Positions 24,370 to 39,271 of a stretch of DNA of 64,000 nt are shown here, in pieces. The position numbers were made by a program, and so were the translations under genes. Under the pieces are notes generated by a model. That model had not been told where the DNA came from. It saw nothing but the letters and a program-made list of their open reading frames with translations, and made no database searches. Position 1 is the first letter of the stretch; each line of letters opens with the position of its first letter. This stretch comes from Octopus vulgaris (taxonomy: Eukaryota), in contig OX597817.1 of NCBI GenBank assembly GCA_951406725.2, forward strand, positions 118,668,001 to 118,732,000. The letters run 5' to 3'.

Positions 24370-25690
24370 TATTACATCTTCTTGCAAAGAGAATCTTTTC
24401 ATGCTCTTCTAGATATATAATGAGGCCAAATATTTTTCACACTGAATCAACGATTTTTATTTGCCTCTTGTAATTACTTATTTCATACATCCAATTTTTC
24501 TAATAAATTGTGCCAAATAATCTTTTGCTCATCAACTGTTCACAGGATCTTCTTTTCAAGTTTTACCTTTAAATCTTCATTTGATATATCAAATATTTCC
24601 ATAAACCTTTTGAAGCATTGCTCTTCGAACAACCACTTTACATCAGTTTAAAGCAATAATCTTCCATTATCTGCTTTTATATCCTCACAAAACTCTTTAA
24701 AAGGAGCTCATATTTAGAATTAGCTTTCACAGAGTTATTACATTTTATTATGACCTTAAAACGAGTGTAATATTTTGGGCGAAACTTTCAACAAAGTTTT
24801 CCTGATGAATACTACAGAACACGAGGAACATTTCTGAATTCTTATTCTTCATTAATTTTAAACACCCATTTTTTTCTTATCAGTCAGAGTAGAGATGCCA
24901 TTTGCTGTACAAGATACAATATTTCCTCTTAATATTCTATATCCATTTAAATAGTTTTTAATTGTATTAAAAAGACTAAAGCAGCAGTGGTCTTTTATAA
25001 TTACACGCAGAACAACATTTCAAAGAAACTTTTTCATATTCGCTATATCTGATATATGCTCATAACAGGGCTTAACTCTCTCTATATATGTGTGTGTTTG
25101 TGTGTGTGTGTGTGTGAGTGTATCTTTCTCTCTTTCCTTCTTTCTCTCCGAACCGCATTCTCTCTCATCCCTCTTTCTCACACATACACTATAGATTCAT
25201 TTACATTGTGCTTCGGCACCTCTGCCAATCTCATCTACTCTGCTATAAAGTGTATAGTTCCACAGCTGCATGTCTTTCACATCGATGTCACCCTTTTCCA
25301 GGCTTATGTTCACCGAGTGTACATGGTTGTCTTAACAAAACTCCCATAAATAGCTTGAATCTTTTTTTGCAAGCTTTTCCTCTCAGCAGAGATACATTTT
25401 ATCTCTCTTTAAACATACAATATTTGCAGTTTGTACAAAGAACAATGATTCGATTATTGATCTATTTTCAAAATTCTCTTTTACTGATTTATAATATTTC
25501 CCCTTTAAATTTACATGAATGCTATGTTTAGCCTTCAAATACGCCACGAGACGCCCACATTTCATTGATTCATTGGTATAATAATAACTGACGTAATAAC
25601 AGAATGATGCTTGTTCACCATGCACAACTATAAAACCAAGTATAAAGTGCTCTACTGAATGCTGATGAACTCTTGTTTGTAATCTACAAT
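24370..25690 (-). pseudogene. Highly decayed hAT (ZBED5/SCAND3-like) transposase
   Basis: Minus strand QHSVEHFILGFI...NESMKCGRLVAYLKAKH resembles the N-terminal zinc finger RQY..EY..FGF...NE.MKP..L..HL...H; further weak remnants to about 24370, split by a microsatellite. Confidence 0.5.
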
Positions 25691-25709
25691 TTAGTTATAA
25701 AGTCCATGA

Positions 25710-26165
25710 CTAACCTTGTGAGTGGATTTGGTAGACGGAAACTGAAAGAAGCCCGTCGTATATGTGTATATATATATATATGTGTGTGTATGATGTTTGG
25801 TTCCGGGCTCAGTCCCACTGCGTGGCACCTTGGGTAAGTGTCTTCTACTATAGCCTCAGAACGATCAAAGCTTTGTAAGTAGATTTGGTAGACGGAAACT
25901 GAAAGAAGCCCGTCGTATATATGTATATATATATATGTGTTTGTGTGTATGATGTTTGTGTGTCTGTGTTTGTATCCCAACATCGCTTGGCAACCGATGC
26001 TGGTGTGTTTATGTCCCCGTAACCTAGCGGTTCGACAAAAGAGTCCGATAGAATAAGTACTAGGCTTACAAAGAATAAGTCCTGTGGTCGATTTCTTTGA
26101 CTAAAGGCGGTGCTCCATCATGGCGCGCATTCAAATGATTGGAACTAGTAAAAGAGTAAAAGAGT
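25710..26165 (+). mobile_element. SINE family A with internal partial duplication
   Basis: GATTTGGTAGACGGAAACTGAAAGAAGCCCGTCGTATAT occurs twice (about 25725 and 25882). Confidence 0.9.
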
Positions 26166-26371
26166 ATCATTTTATACATGTGTGCGCGCATGCGCATGCG
26201 AGTGTCATTTTTGCGCTTGATCATTCAGTTAGTTCGGTGGCATTCTTGAGACTGAAGGGCACTGATGGACTAAAGGTCACGGCAAATATCACTTTCTTCG
26301 TCGTCCCCAAAAACTTCAATCCTTCAGCAACCAAAGCCAATGCCTCGGCAATTTCCAGATATTTCTCATAG

Positions 26372-26447
26372 ATGTTCGACTCACTCCTGCACAATCAGTT
26401 GATACAGACTGTATCATCGAGTATTTGCGAAAGCAATATATGGAACG
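26372..26447 (+). other. Candidate 76-nt internal exon inside an unexplained coding-like island
   Basis: TTTCTCATAG acceptor, CG|GTAAGT donor, open frame DVRLTPAQSVDTDCIIEYLRKQYMER; no homology recognised. Confidence 0.2.
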
Positions 26448-26616
26448 GTAAGTATATATATTTATTTCGCAAAGTTCAACGAGAACATGAAACCTGCAAT
26501 CAGTCGCACTCCGACAAGTTTACGGTCGACCTTGTGGCAGTTGAAAGCTCCGGCATTTTGGCTCCCCGGACCATACCCGTGCTCAGCGCTATCGGGACAG
26601 AGATTGCTGTCCGCAA

Positions 26617-26763
<147 letters not shown>

Positions 26764-27480
26764 GCGAGTCAGAGTGGCAGTTCCAACGCATCTCCCTCGC
26801 TATCCTCCGGGTCTTTTTCATTATGTCTACTGGTGCCATGAGAAATGTTGCTATATTGTGAGAGTTAAGATTATCCATTAATCCTCTTGTTTTGACTTCA
26901 ATCATCCTATGTTATATGATATGAACTTCAACAAAAACTAAACCTTCTATGAGTGCTTGTCAAAATGATATATCTGTGTAGAAGACATATAAGTGTAAAG
27001 CATTAGTTTTACCGCGTACTCATACAGATAACTGCTTCGGGGTTCATTTTCTTATTTTAATTTCTTCAAATGGATTACCACTTTAAAAAAATATGTAGAG
27101 AGATGGAAAACTGTGTCATAAAATTAAAGGCCTGTATTGAAATACGAAATATATTCATGTATATGACTTCGGCATGAATTGAAAACTTTATGTTGATGTA
27201 GGAAATACTAACGAAATACATTCATATACACAAACTTATATATATTGAAATACTTTCACACAAAGGCATCTATGTATGCGCGCGTGAACGCGTGTGTATG
27301 TGTGTATGCACACACGCGTGTGTATGCATATATCTATGTATGTATAAATCGACAGAAAGTTTTGCAACCTTTTTGCTAATTAAATGTATATAGTATATTA
27401 TGTTGTATTATTATATATTACATATAATATATATATATGATGTTTCATATATATATATATGTATGTGTGTGTATATATAC

Positions 27481-27560
<80 letters not shown>

Positions 27561-28245
27561 ATATGTATTGATTTCTTTATATATCCTGAGTTTTTCCCCC
27601 ACTAATCCTATATATGTACGTGTCTGCGAGTACACACGTACTTTCGTGTACGCGCACATGGTGGGGATGTAAGATAGGATCGAATATATAAAATTAGTTT
27701 TATATCGTGGAAATAGCGTAAATACAGAATCGAAATTTGGTTTGTCAGATACACAATGTAAGTGTAAACAATGCATACGATCGCAAAAAAAAAAAAAGAA
27801 AAGTCACCCGTACTTTGTTTTTATTTGAGTGTTTTGCTGTTGTTATATTTTGAAATTTATACCAATTTATAGAAGATAAGTACAATTGTATCAATAGCCG
27901 ATGTTTCCCGTATAGAAGAAATCCTTTTTCAAATGGGTTATCAGCTTCGAACATGCTTCTATAGAATATATATTTCATGAGAACTTTTTTACTGCTTAAA
28001 TGCTGTGTAACTCTTTACAAATCATTTTTCAAATTTCATTTGTTAGCTAAGGTTTTCTCTTATTTTCACATATGTCTAAGCGATTTTTCTTATTATTTCT
28101 TGTTATATTTATATCCATATTATTCGGTAGGAATATTATTGTTAGAGTAGATATAGTTTGTGAATGTTGTAATAAAAACCGCAGGTGACTCAAATGATCC
28201 ATGAAAATCTATATAATTCATACCTAGCAAACGTTAACAATAAAG

Positions 28246-28288
<43 letters not shown>

Positions 28289-29619
28289 CAGATCTATAAA
28301 TTATATCTCATGAAAGCATAATCCGATGTTGATATAATGGGATGTTAATCATATTGGATTTTTATTTATTACAAATTAACTTTGAATATTAGATGATTGT
28401 TATTTATTTATATCATTCCAAAGGCAAGAGCTCTCGGCGGCGTAAATAATGATTGAATATATACTCAAAAGATCAAAGTACATACACGGTTGTAATGAAT
28501 TTTAGCAGAGAATCATTACGCTAAATGGTTCCATAGCATCATTAAGCTAAATGATTTTCTCATTTATTATTACAACCAAACATTTCCCTTTTAAAGCATT
28601 AATCGTATATATTGTATTCAAAGTATTTTTTGTTTATTTTTCCTCTTAATATTGCTAAATGAAAATCGTTTTTATCGTTATTAGTTTTGTCATTTTTCCA
28701 AGTATGTTATTCAAATATCACACAGTCATTATATAGTATAGTTATAATTGCTTCTTTTAGTACTAATCAATGTCTACAAATCACGCCGAAATATTCCACG
28801 TAAATGTATAATTTCGTTCGTTATGAGTCTTATTTCCTTTCATTTCCTTGCATATGTGGAGGAGTGTGTAGGTGTTCCAACACTTCAAAGGGTAATAACT
28901 ATATAATTGCGTAGCTTAGTGTATTATATTTGTTTTACCCGGCAATCCAGTCATTCCACATAAATGCAAAAATTTACTTCCTTTTAACATTAAAGATGAG
29001 GAGCAATAGCACTAACTCCGCCCGAGTGGACAATGATCCGTTTAATAAAGAGCATCTAGGGCCTCAAAGCGACATGTTACATATATATATATATATAAAC
29101 ATTTGCATACAATCTACCATTTGGACTCATTGACGACAGGGTCGGTGAGAGAGATTTATTGAAAATTGTAACAAGCAAAAAATTAGAAGAGTGAATCGTC
29201 AGACAGTGAATTTATGGTATCGCAGGACAAGGCAACATATACACACAACAAATACACGAGAATATGCTGGAAAAAAAAAGCAAAACGTTATGTACGACAA
29301 ATGTTGGAATTTTGTGTGCGTGTGCATACATACATACAGTAGTCTGTTAATAACAAGGACAACTGTTAAGCAATAACACTTTAGATTTAAAAAAATAATG
29401 ATTGTTACTGTTACACAGGCCAGTTTACAAAATAGAAAGCTGTGATTCGTCGTCACTCTCCATTGCACTAATCACAACCCGTCTTAAGTTCAAATACCCT
29501 TGTATATGCTTTTTGCTATTTTACGCTTGTTTTGTTGTTCCTAGACTAGGAAGTAATATTTATTATTAATATTTTAATGGATTTAATGAAAAATTTTAGC
29601 CGTTCATATATATATATAT

Positions 29620-29682
29620 ATTTTAAATCCACGAAATCGTGAATACGCGATAGTTGAACCGCGAAGTAGCGAGGGATCACTG
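29620..29682. mobile_element. pogo/Tigger-like terminal fragment
   Basis: ...GAACCGCGAAGTAGCGAGGGATCACTG-TA, i.e. TIR CAGTGATCCCTCGC next to TA. Confidence 0.65.
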
Positions 29683-30436
29683 TATTTTAACTTCTACAAG
29701 GCAAATTCCCAGCAGTTTAACGTGGAGAAAAAATCTCGTTTATGGTAAAAGGTGTAAAACACCTTATCTGATCAGTGTCTTCCCCTAGCGGACACATAGA
29801 TGCATTTCTGTCTCTTTAGCCCTCCTCAGCATGAGATACCGCAGAGAGATACCGCTGGATTGATTATAAAGCCATAGCTTTATCTTAAAGCACTCAATAT
29901 TAGTGATTCAATGTAAGGCGGTGAGGTATCAGAATCGTTAACATGCCGGGCCAAATGCTGTCACGCATTTTGCCTTTCCTTAGGTTCTGAGTTCAAATCC
30001 CACCGAGGTTGTGTTTGCATTTCATCCTTTCGGGGAGTGATAAAATAAATACCTGTTGAGTACTGAGATCGATGTAATCGATGTAATCGAGTCAGCCCCT
30101 CCCCCGAAATTGTTAGCCTTGCGTCAAAGTATGAAATCCATATTAGTGAATCACTTGCGCTTTTGGACTGCCTTGTCAGAGCAAAAACCGTAGTGCTAAA
30201 TAGTGATGAGAAATAAACTAACATTAGATAAACTGTCGTGAATTCGCCTTTAGAAGGTAAGATATGTCCCAAACATACTTGAACTTACCGAAAGTTCGTT
30301 TGCTCTTTATCACAACTTGCACCGCTACTGTTTTATTTGTTCTCGCCCGGTAGTGCATGAACAAAGTGAGTCCCTAATACCAGCTTTAAATTTTGTGACA
30401 AGACCAGCACTTCCGAGGAAGGAGGTAAATCGATTA

Positions 30437-31210
30437 CGAGGGTGACCTGAAAGGTTCATAGGCTAACCAAATTACTCTCATGAGATGTGACCATATGAGG
30501 TTTATTTTTCAACATAGTATCTCCCTCCCCACTGCGGTCAACACATCGGTGTTACAGTGCTTGGAACCTATTATTGAAGAAGCTTTCATTTTGTTGGCGA
30601 AAAGAATCAACAGTACACATATGATGGTATCATCACAGACACTGGTTCCAGGCCAAGTGTATTTTCGTGTTAGAGAACAGATGATAATCAAGTTGGCTGA
30701 TCAGCCAGTTCAAAGCCACAGTCACTCTCAACAGCCATTGAAACAAAAAACTTGTGTACTGGAACACTGTCCTGATGAAACAAGACTCCTTTCGTTAGTT
30801 TTCCTGAGCGTTTGATGTTGATAACCTTTCGTAACTGCCTCAGCAAGTTGGCATAATATTCACCATTAATGTTGTGGCTTATTTGAAGATGTTGAATAAA
30901 CACTATGTTTTACATCCCCAAAAACTTAGGCCATCATTTTCTCTGCAGTTGGAAATATTTTGGCCTTCTTTGGGACGAGTGGGGAGGAGTTTTTTCACTC
31001 CATGGATTATCTTTTTATGTCTGGTTCAAAGGGATGAACCCAAGACACATCTTAAGTTAGGAACCTTTCCGATATCAGTTTCCTGGAAAGAAAAAATGCA
31101 GTTATTTATAAGAGAAGAGTTGAATTTAATGCATGCAAGATTTCACAGCTCACTGTGAAATTACAATACAACCGATTAGTTGGCCCTGAACTACGCAAAT
31201 AACTTTTAAC
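30437..31210 (-). mobile_element. Degenerate mariner element
   Basis: TA-CGAGGGTGACCTGAAAGGTTC end; minus-strand INGEYYANLLRQLRKVINIKRSGKLTKGVLFHQD. Confidence 0.85.
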
Positions 31211-32769
31211 TTTTCACATATCGAATTGTGCTAGAAGTATTTTAATTTTTCCAATATCATTTTCACAGTTTCCTAAAATCTCTTTTAGACGTATCGAGTA
31301 GTTAATCGTGTTTTCAAATCTCATGAACACTTGGGAAAATGCTTTGCAAGATTTCATAAGAAACAATCGTAGGAAAAAGCTTATCCACTTTACAACCTTG
31401 CTCAGCAAATAAGTTGATACGATGACTGTTTCAGGAATTTGATATGGGGAACGTTATCTTTCGTTATACATTGCTGCAGGCTTTATGCTTGCTTTAGATA
31501 TCTGTTTTTATTATTAGCCGATTACCTTTCAATTCTATTCTCCAATTCTTTCACAATGTGATTGTGACATATAGGGCTTTGTATAGAATTAACTTGAAAC
31601 GAAAAATAAATACCTTCGGCCAAAAATGTGTAATTTCGTAATTTTAGCCTCTAGTGCAGAGGAACTAAACTTTACTTTAGAAAAATAAGCTTACTTCATT
31701 TTTACATCAGTTTCCTCAAAGTATTCTAAAACTGCTATCAGTTTCAAAAAAGCGAATCAGTCCTGGACAAGTGGAATAAATATAATTTTTAACAGAGTAT
31801 CACACATTTTGGCAAAGCGAATCATAACTGATTATAAAACGACTCCAATATCATGAATAATATTTTTTCATCCAGGTGATATCGGAAGTGGAGTTGATGA
31901 ATGTTTAGGGCAAATTTAGACATGGTGGAATGTGAGCACAAAACCGAAAGGGGTGAAATTATATATAACGAGTCATGTCGTCGGCTGTTCTTTTCAACCA
32001 CCAGTAACCAATATAAAAGATAGTGAGTTAGCTGAATCTGTGAAATAAAAGCTAAATGACTTGCAATATTTAGATGTGTGCCAAGGCGGCAAGCTGGCAA
32101 ATGACACCGAGGGTTGACTTTGCCTTTCATCCTTTCAGAAACGATAAAATAAGTACCCGTTGAGCAGAGCACTGAGATCGACATAATCGACTTAGCCCTC
32201 CCTCGAACTTGCAGGCCTTGTGCCAAAATTTGAAATCTATATTGAGATGTATACTTTTTAGGTTCTGACTTCAAATCCCACCAAGTTTTGCCTTTCATCC
32301 TTCCAGGGTGATTAATATAAAGTAGCAGTAAATTCTGAACTCGATTTAATCTACTGTACCGCTATAAAAAGTGTCTTTAAGGAACCAATATAGATATTGT
32401 AATATCTTGCGTTTTGCATTTACAACCAAACAAAAGCGCCACCTTCATCGTTTCTCTTGACGTATTCTACATCCGTGTTGACAGGAAGTGCCCATAAAAT
32501 ATATATTATTTTTGGCAGATCTTTTGCTAGTAACTTTATCACGAGCTTCTCTTTAGAAGACGCAAACTGGCTTTCATGGACATTTCACGAAAAACTTGCG
32601 ATTTATAAGCAGCCATATACGGTGATTTAAGCAATTGCATCCACTCTATCATATATCTATTCAATAAATAACTGGACTGTGAAGAAATTTTCATTGAGTT
32701 ACTATGAGTCAATTAATGTTCAAGAAGCTGAGGTAAAAAGATTTACGCTTATAGATTTTTTTAGTGTTC

Positions 32770-34728
32770 AGCCTGGGCAATTTCTGGGCTCCAGCAATAG
32801 TCATATTTACATTCCATCTACCCCGATACCGTTCCTTCATGATTTTCATGTGCAGAGGTAGGAATATAATTTTCATTATGTCAACAAGTGGACCATTTAG
32901 AATGTTGGGATCACCAGGTCAGATCTTAGAAATCCAATTCCTCTCCACTTAATGCTTCTTTAAAGCTCTGCTGTTCCATATGCACAGAAAACAGGGATAT
33001 TTGCTATACCTGCAATGATAACCAAGAAAGGAGCATGCCATTTTCAGGTCAACGCCGATGATCCAATTGTGTTTGTGATATCAGAACTCAATGGTTCTCT
33101 TTATGTCTTCATATCCTTCATGAAGACAAACTAAATGCCAAATTGGGACTACAGAATATAAATTGCCATTGTAGGAGGTGACACGTTTCCATCTCCGCTT
33201 TGAGCCTTCAATAAACAGCTGCGAAAGTACTGCAGAAATATACTTTCTCTGGATCGAAAGTAGGATATATTTGCTCCTTTTTCAAGTAAGTTTTCCTTTT
33301 TCAGATTGATGCTGGGAGCTCTGAAGCCTTTTAGATCGTCCCAACTCTCATGCCAAATCGTGTTGATCAAACCCCTTACAAAGTGATTCGTCTTCAATTT
33401 TATTATCTGCATCACTGTTGTCACCGACTTTTTCATCCTGATTCACTTCAAAAGAGGAATGCTGGAAGAAAAATGGCAAAGGAATTTCAGCTGAATGAAC
33501 AACTGGATGTATATTTGATAGTAGACTAGGGTATTCGATTTTACATTTGCTTCTCTTCTTATATCCTGATGTTTTCACTAAATGAATCTAAAAGCCTGTG
33601 CAGTGACCTCGCCAAATCATAGGCATACGAAATGCCAACTTATCATATGTTCCTTTGGTCCACATCTCTAAACACTCGAAACACTGTTCGCACACCTTGT
33701 GGATGGGGGGGATGGGCTCAAGACTTGTCTTGATCAACTTTTACTTTAAAATATGTAGAGTAGCTTGGCTTCACGAATGCGTGGATGCTTGCTCTTTAAC
33801 TGTGAATTGTGAAACTGCCATAGATATTGCAAAAGGAATCAGGGCTGTTGAAGCACTTACGATGAGAAGAAGCAGAAGAAAACATGATCTGAAAGAAAGG
33901 AAATGAGGTCGGTAATAAAAACTATGTTGAACTATCACAAGCTAAGAAAAACAAAAAAATCCTTAAATAAAGTTTGCTAACCCCTTACATACAGAATTAT
34001 TTGCAAAATACAATAGTAATCACATATATAGAGCGGCTACAGAGTCCTGTAGCAACTATCCCAGATAACTGACTATTCCACATAAATGTGAATGGATATG
34101 CATCCAAAAATGAACAGATACGTTCACACAAATACTCCATTAGAAAAAAGCGGAGGGTAGAAATTTAGGCATCAAACCCCAGGACGGAATCCCTCCACAC
34201 TTCAAACCAACAGTACATTCACTTTTAAAGTGAATGAACGGCCATCTTTCCTTCACTGCACAGATCTGTTTTCTTGCCTTTTAACTTCGAATCATCTGCA
34301 GTATAGTACTAATCACTACCATATCTTGACCTCATTCAGTTAATGTCATACATCTTAGCACCAAGTCAGCTCCCAGCATTCATCTTGAAACAGGAACTTT
34401 GTTCTCAGAAGGGTTGAAGACCAGCTGAGGCAAATGATTGGTCAATAATCGTGACTTATTTTTTAGAGCGAGATTTGAAACTGAGAATTGGCTGCTGTGT
34501 TTTTCACTTCCTATCAATAAAATAATAAAAGAAATCAGTTGACCAGGTCTATTACTCACGGACAAATAATACAATTGTGCTTATTCAGAGAATTAATCCG
34601 TAGAAAAAAAAAAGTTGACGTGATAGAAGAAAACTGGCTGCAGTTTTGAAATCAGCATGCCAGTTTTCGTCTAAAGCAAGTGAAAAATTGAACTCAACGG
34701 AAATTATGTTCACAATTGTTCCCTAGTG
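32770..34728 (-). mobile_element. Chapaev3 (CMC superfamily) DNA transposon, decayed and internally deleted
   Basis: Minus strand from about 33885: RKCFNSPDSFCNIYG, YFKVKVDQDKS, HKVCEQC...MPMIWR, WIIGVDLKMACSFLGYHCRYSKYPCFLCIWNSRA, IIFLPLH, ERYRGRWNVN..DYCW; CAC-starting end (CACTAGGGAAC) at 34728. Confidence 0.82.
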
Positions 34729-35759
34729 CTATATACGACAATGATTAGTATGTTACTTCATATATTTGACTCTCCAACGACTAAGTATTCCAAAAAATAA
34801 GAGCTTGTATTTCTGATCAATTCAATGAGGATATTGCTTATATACGTGATTATAAGCCTGTAAGCATAGGCGTGACGTGACAGTGCCCATATTTGATTAA
34901 TCGAGATATTACCATCACCATATTTGGATTTCTCTTTGCGAGAAAATAATGTATCCGAGGAGTACGTTATTGCTCATTTCTATATTTTTTCTTTCATTTT
35001 TTTTTAATATTCTCGATAGTTCTATCTTCGGAGAATGTTTCCATTTCCCATGACGTGACTTTATTCTATTTTCTGGTGAAGAGATAAACTGTTTTTACTG
35101 TTGTCATTACGTGAACCAAATTAATATTCATAGTACTTCATTTTTCCCCTCACGAAATTTTCAGTGCCAACCAATGAGAAAGATTTTTTTTTTCTTTTTT
35201 AGTGCTATACCTTATTTGCAAATCAATGACTTTCGTTGCTTTTCCTCACATTTCTTATCTCCCTTTGCTTTACTTTTTTTCTCATAATGTCTCCATTCCT
35301 TTTTATTTTTTTTTAGTTTGTGACTTAATTACTATAGTCAATTTATACGTGGCTAAGCCCAGTTGCTTCTCGTTTCTTTTTTAAAGTAATCACCACTCCC
35401 TTATATCAAGTAATGCTTCCTTACAACTTAAAGCTGTATTTTCTGTAATATCCCGTACAGTAAATATTTTCACTTCAAAACTAGTGAGAGAGGAAAAGAA
35501 ATACTTAATCTAACCGCAATTGTGATGTGTAATACAAGCGTGATGGCGCGAATTTTTAGCAGAGGGCCGATTAGTAAGTACTGTTTCATTAGTATGTTCT
35601 TTATTGCAAAATTGACCATAATGAGAAATGAACATGGAATATAAAGATACACAACTGAATATTATAAAGTATGTTTTTTTCCATAAATCTTAACATTTTA
35701 TCTTTTTAATCTAACAAGGACATATTTTCATTTCATGTATATAACCTTGAGATATTCTT

Positions 35760-35950
35760 TTGTTTCAGTCATTTTGAGGCGTCCATGTTGGAGCACCGCG
35801 TTGAAGGGTTTCTAGGCGTAGTAATCGCCCCCCCCCCCCGGACTTATTTCGTAAACTTAGTACTTATTCTATCGATCTCTTTTGTAGAACAGTTAAGTTA
35901 CGGAGACGTAAACACACCAACACTGATTGTCAAACGGCAATGGGGCAAAT
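35760..35950 (-). mobile_element. SINE family A 3' half (others about 20840-21000, 24115-24265, 39935-40060, 45970-46355, 46420-46780, 59690-59790)
   Basis: Reverse-complement matches: CATGTTGGAGCACCGC, AGTACTTATTCTATCG, GTAAACACACCAAC. Confidence 0.85.
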
Positions 35951-35954
35951 ACTG

Positions 35955-35985
<31 letters not shown>

Positions 35986-37445
35986 TATACACGTATATAT
36001 ACACATATATATTTTTATATATATACATCTAAATGAATATAAAACCCTTGATTCAATAGCATTCTGTAGAAACTATACTTGGAATGACTTATTTTAGATA
36101 CTATAGGATTTTACTCACAAGAAATTGGAATCTTATACGTATACCATTTTGCCTAAATAATGTATCTACAAATGCAGTATCTCTGCATATCTCACATCTA
36201 TTTTCATTCCTCCATTTCACTCTCTATTTCGTAATTTATGTCTATTAAGTATTGTTTAACCATTTTCTCACACCATCTCCGATGGAGGGATATAGTAAAT
36301 ATCCTAGAAACAGCTGTAAGACCTATTTATAAATGTTCTAAAATCTTCACAGCCTCTGAAAAAAAAATCCTCTACATACATATATATCAGCTTCTATCAG
36401 TAGTGATAAAAAAAAAAGAAACAAAATGTTGAAATTTGCAGATGGCAGATTAAGACAACGATATTTCTTAAGTGAACATATTCATTGGTGTTAGTTTGTT
36501 ATTTGTATTTCGACCCAGATTTGTATGAGAATTGTCGCTCAATGGGAGTGACAGAGAGGTGACAGAATGCTTTTGAAATGTCTGATGTGAGGCAAGTTTC
36601 TAAGCGCAATTAAAACATCTATTATAAAATTCGAAATCGAAGCTTACAAGGGAGTTTTGACACGAAAGCCACAACGGTCCTTTTGTTGCTTACCGGCATT
36701 TTGTCACAGCTGCCACGTTATATATAATTAACTGTAATGTGTTACCAGGAAAGCGGCTTATCTGCGTAGACGGTTTAGTGTTGCTGTTGTGAAATTACCA
36801 AATATTGCAACATTAGCTAAACTGCGAATGAAAATCTAAACAAAGAAGGAAAATATAAACAATGTCGATCCCAAGGAGATATTTGTTGTATAATCAAATT
36901 TAACTATATCAAAAGAAATGAATACATCTGAATAGGCTACTGCATATTAGTAAATTCTTAAGTTAGTTATTAGGTCATTTGAATCAACTGTTAATATTTT
37001 AGTCTTTTATATGGTATTATCCATCTCCACTGAAATAGATGGTGCAAGAGTTCTCCCCATCACGAGAAGAGTTGAACACGGGACCTAAAATCTTATCGCA
37101 TTTCATAATGTATGTGAATAAGACTGCAGTAATATCTACTACCACTTTCTAAGAATCTGAGGCTCGGTTTAGGGAAGCCCAAGGGAATTAGTTGTTTTTG
37201 GAGACTAATGTATGTCAACATAGAATTTAATTTTGAGTTTTCTTTTCATTTTGCTTTCATGAGCCAATTTACTGCCAACCGATTCAATGAAATTTTAAGT
37301 ATTTTATAGAAATTCGCAACTTTACGTGAAGGTAAAAGAAATCCTAATTTTTCTCCCTTCGGACAGATAAAATACAAATCCAGTTCAGCAGGATATTTTA
37401 AACAGAACATAGTGAGATGAAGCTTAATTACTCATAACATGTAGC

Positions 37446-37698
37446 CACTGTCCTGGGAGTAAGGTTGCAGGGGGTGCAATTGCACCTTCTAAATCCTTTT
37501 TTTGTTGGAGATGAGGTATCAAAATGTGCAGCCCTATTTACTTTCCTCGGGTTTAGAAAACCGCATGTAAAAAGTAGCTTGAAGTTAGGTTTCTTTTCAA
37601 TGAACAAAGATAAATTAAAAAAAGACCTTGTTAGTGAACAAAAAAAGTTTGGGACCTGGGTTTGCATCTCCTAACCAAATTTAGTTCCGGAGCCAGTG
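37446..37698. mobile_element. hAT-type MITE with 8-bp target-site duplication
   Basis: Ends CACTG...CAGTG; flanks CATGTAGC (37438-45) and CATGTAGT (37699-706). Confidence 0.75.
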
Positions 37699-38262
37699 CA
37701 TGTAGTCTGGTACTGTCATGGTCATTTTCGTCATCTTATTATACACACCAGTGACAGATATTTCATAGTATGAATGTGTAGCTATGTTACACATACATAA
37801 TAAAGACGAATGGTTTTAAAATTAGACTATTTCTGACGCTTTATTTTACCGACCCTCGAGAAGGTTGCATAAATTGGAATCCGACTAGTATTGAACGCTG
37901 AACACGAGATAACAATGCAGTGGGATTTGATCTCATTGTATCAATTTGCTATCCTTACCCTCCCACTAAACAGCCGCAAAGCCAAGTGTTTCGTAAACGC
38001 GTGACTATTTATCTCTCTCTTTCTCTCTCTTCTTCTTCTTCTTCACTCAGTACTTATTTATTTATCCTATTGATTTTTTTTTCTACATGAATCTGTCCTA
38101 AAACTTCATAAAAAAATATGTGATTATGATTTCTGAAAAATATAAACTGACAGAATAGCAAGAAATTTTGTTGCATACTTCAGTTCGAATTAAAGAAAAA
38201 CACGTTTTTTCGAGACAGACTTTATATATTTTCATCATAATACGTACACCCACATAAACGCA

Positions 38263-38292
38263 CTAGTTGAGGTACCCGGCGTTGCACGAGTG

Positions 38293-38324
<32 letters not shown>

Positions 38325-39040
38325 GTTACTGATTTGTTTTAATATTTGCATATATATTTTTTTTTACTTGATAATTTTTTTCGGGTTTCTGTTATTTTTT
38401 AGAGAATGCATCTATTGGTAATATTAATTTGTTACTAAAATACTCTTTATATTTTACTTTATGAATTTTATTTGTGATTTTAAATTATTACGCAACACGT
38501 AAAGCAGCAATTCTAACAAAAGTTTCATTCACCAAGAACTCTGCGATAGGCAACATTTCCTCTTCTACGAGCATGATGAAAATATCTTCTTAGAGCAGTA
38601 CCTGAACTTGCAACAGAGAAAGACAGAACATAGACTTGACTGTCCAGCTATGGCAACCTTTAAGTACTATCTTTCGTACATGTTGATGATGCTAGGAAAC
38701 ATAATTCTGGCATATTTTCCTGGGATAAGAGGGAATTCATAAAAATGAAAATATCTGAGCACAAGTGACAATGGTTTTGGCAGCTACCAAATAAAGTTGT
38801 ATGGAATCTTTGATAAACATGAAGAGTACTGCATTTTCAATAAGGATCAATATTTCGTTGTAAATAGCGGAGGTAAATTTTAGGTGCGGGATTTTTACTT
38901 GTTGAGCTTCATGTACTGGCATGCTGTCCTATTGATTAAATCTAAGTTGTAAACGATTTTATGGCAAACGTGTATAGAAAATGATAGCACAGGTGATTTT
39001 CATCTTGCTTGAAAACGTGATTTTGGGGCGTTTTCTAAGA
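38263..39040 (-). mobile_element. Helitron 3' end with decayed PIF1-like helicase C-terminus
   Basis: Minus strand ends in a GC-rich hairpin (CTCGTGCAACGCCGGG) and CTAG|T; upstream remnants MPVH, IPLIP, IIN..YLKVA, NVAYRRVL resemble GMPPH, RIPLIP, TINKSQGQSL and NVVY.EVL. Confidence 0.65.
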
Positions 39041-39146
39041 TATTTATTCCGGTCTGTATAATCTAAAAAGTATCTTAACATTCGGACAATATTGCACAAA
39101 CATATCAATCAACTGTACAACTGCGCGTGTCTGCAAAAAAAAAATA

Positions 39147-39178
<32 letters not shown>

Positions 39179-39271
39179 AATAGCATGGCAACAAAAGAAG
39201 GAATGAGACATCGATATTATGTAAATAGAGGAATTTATCGGTAATATAATGTGACAATTATTCGGTTGCCA

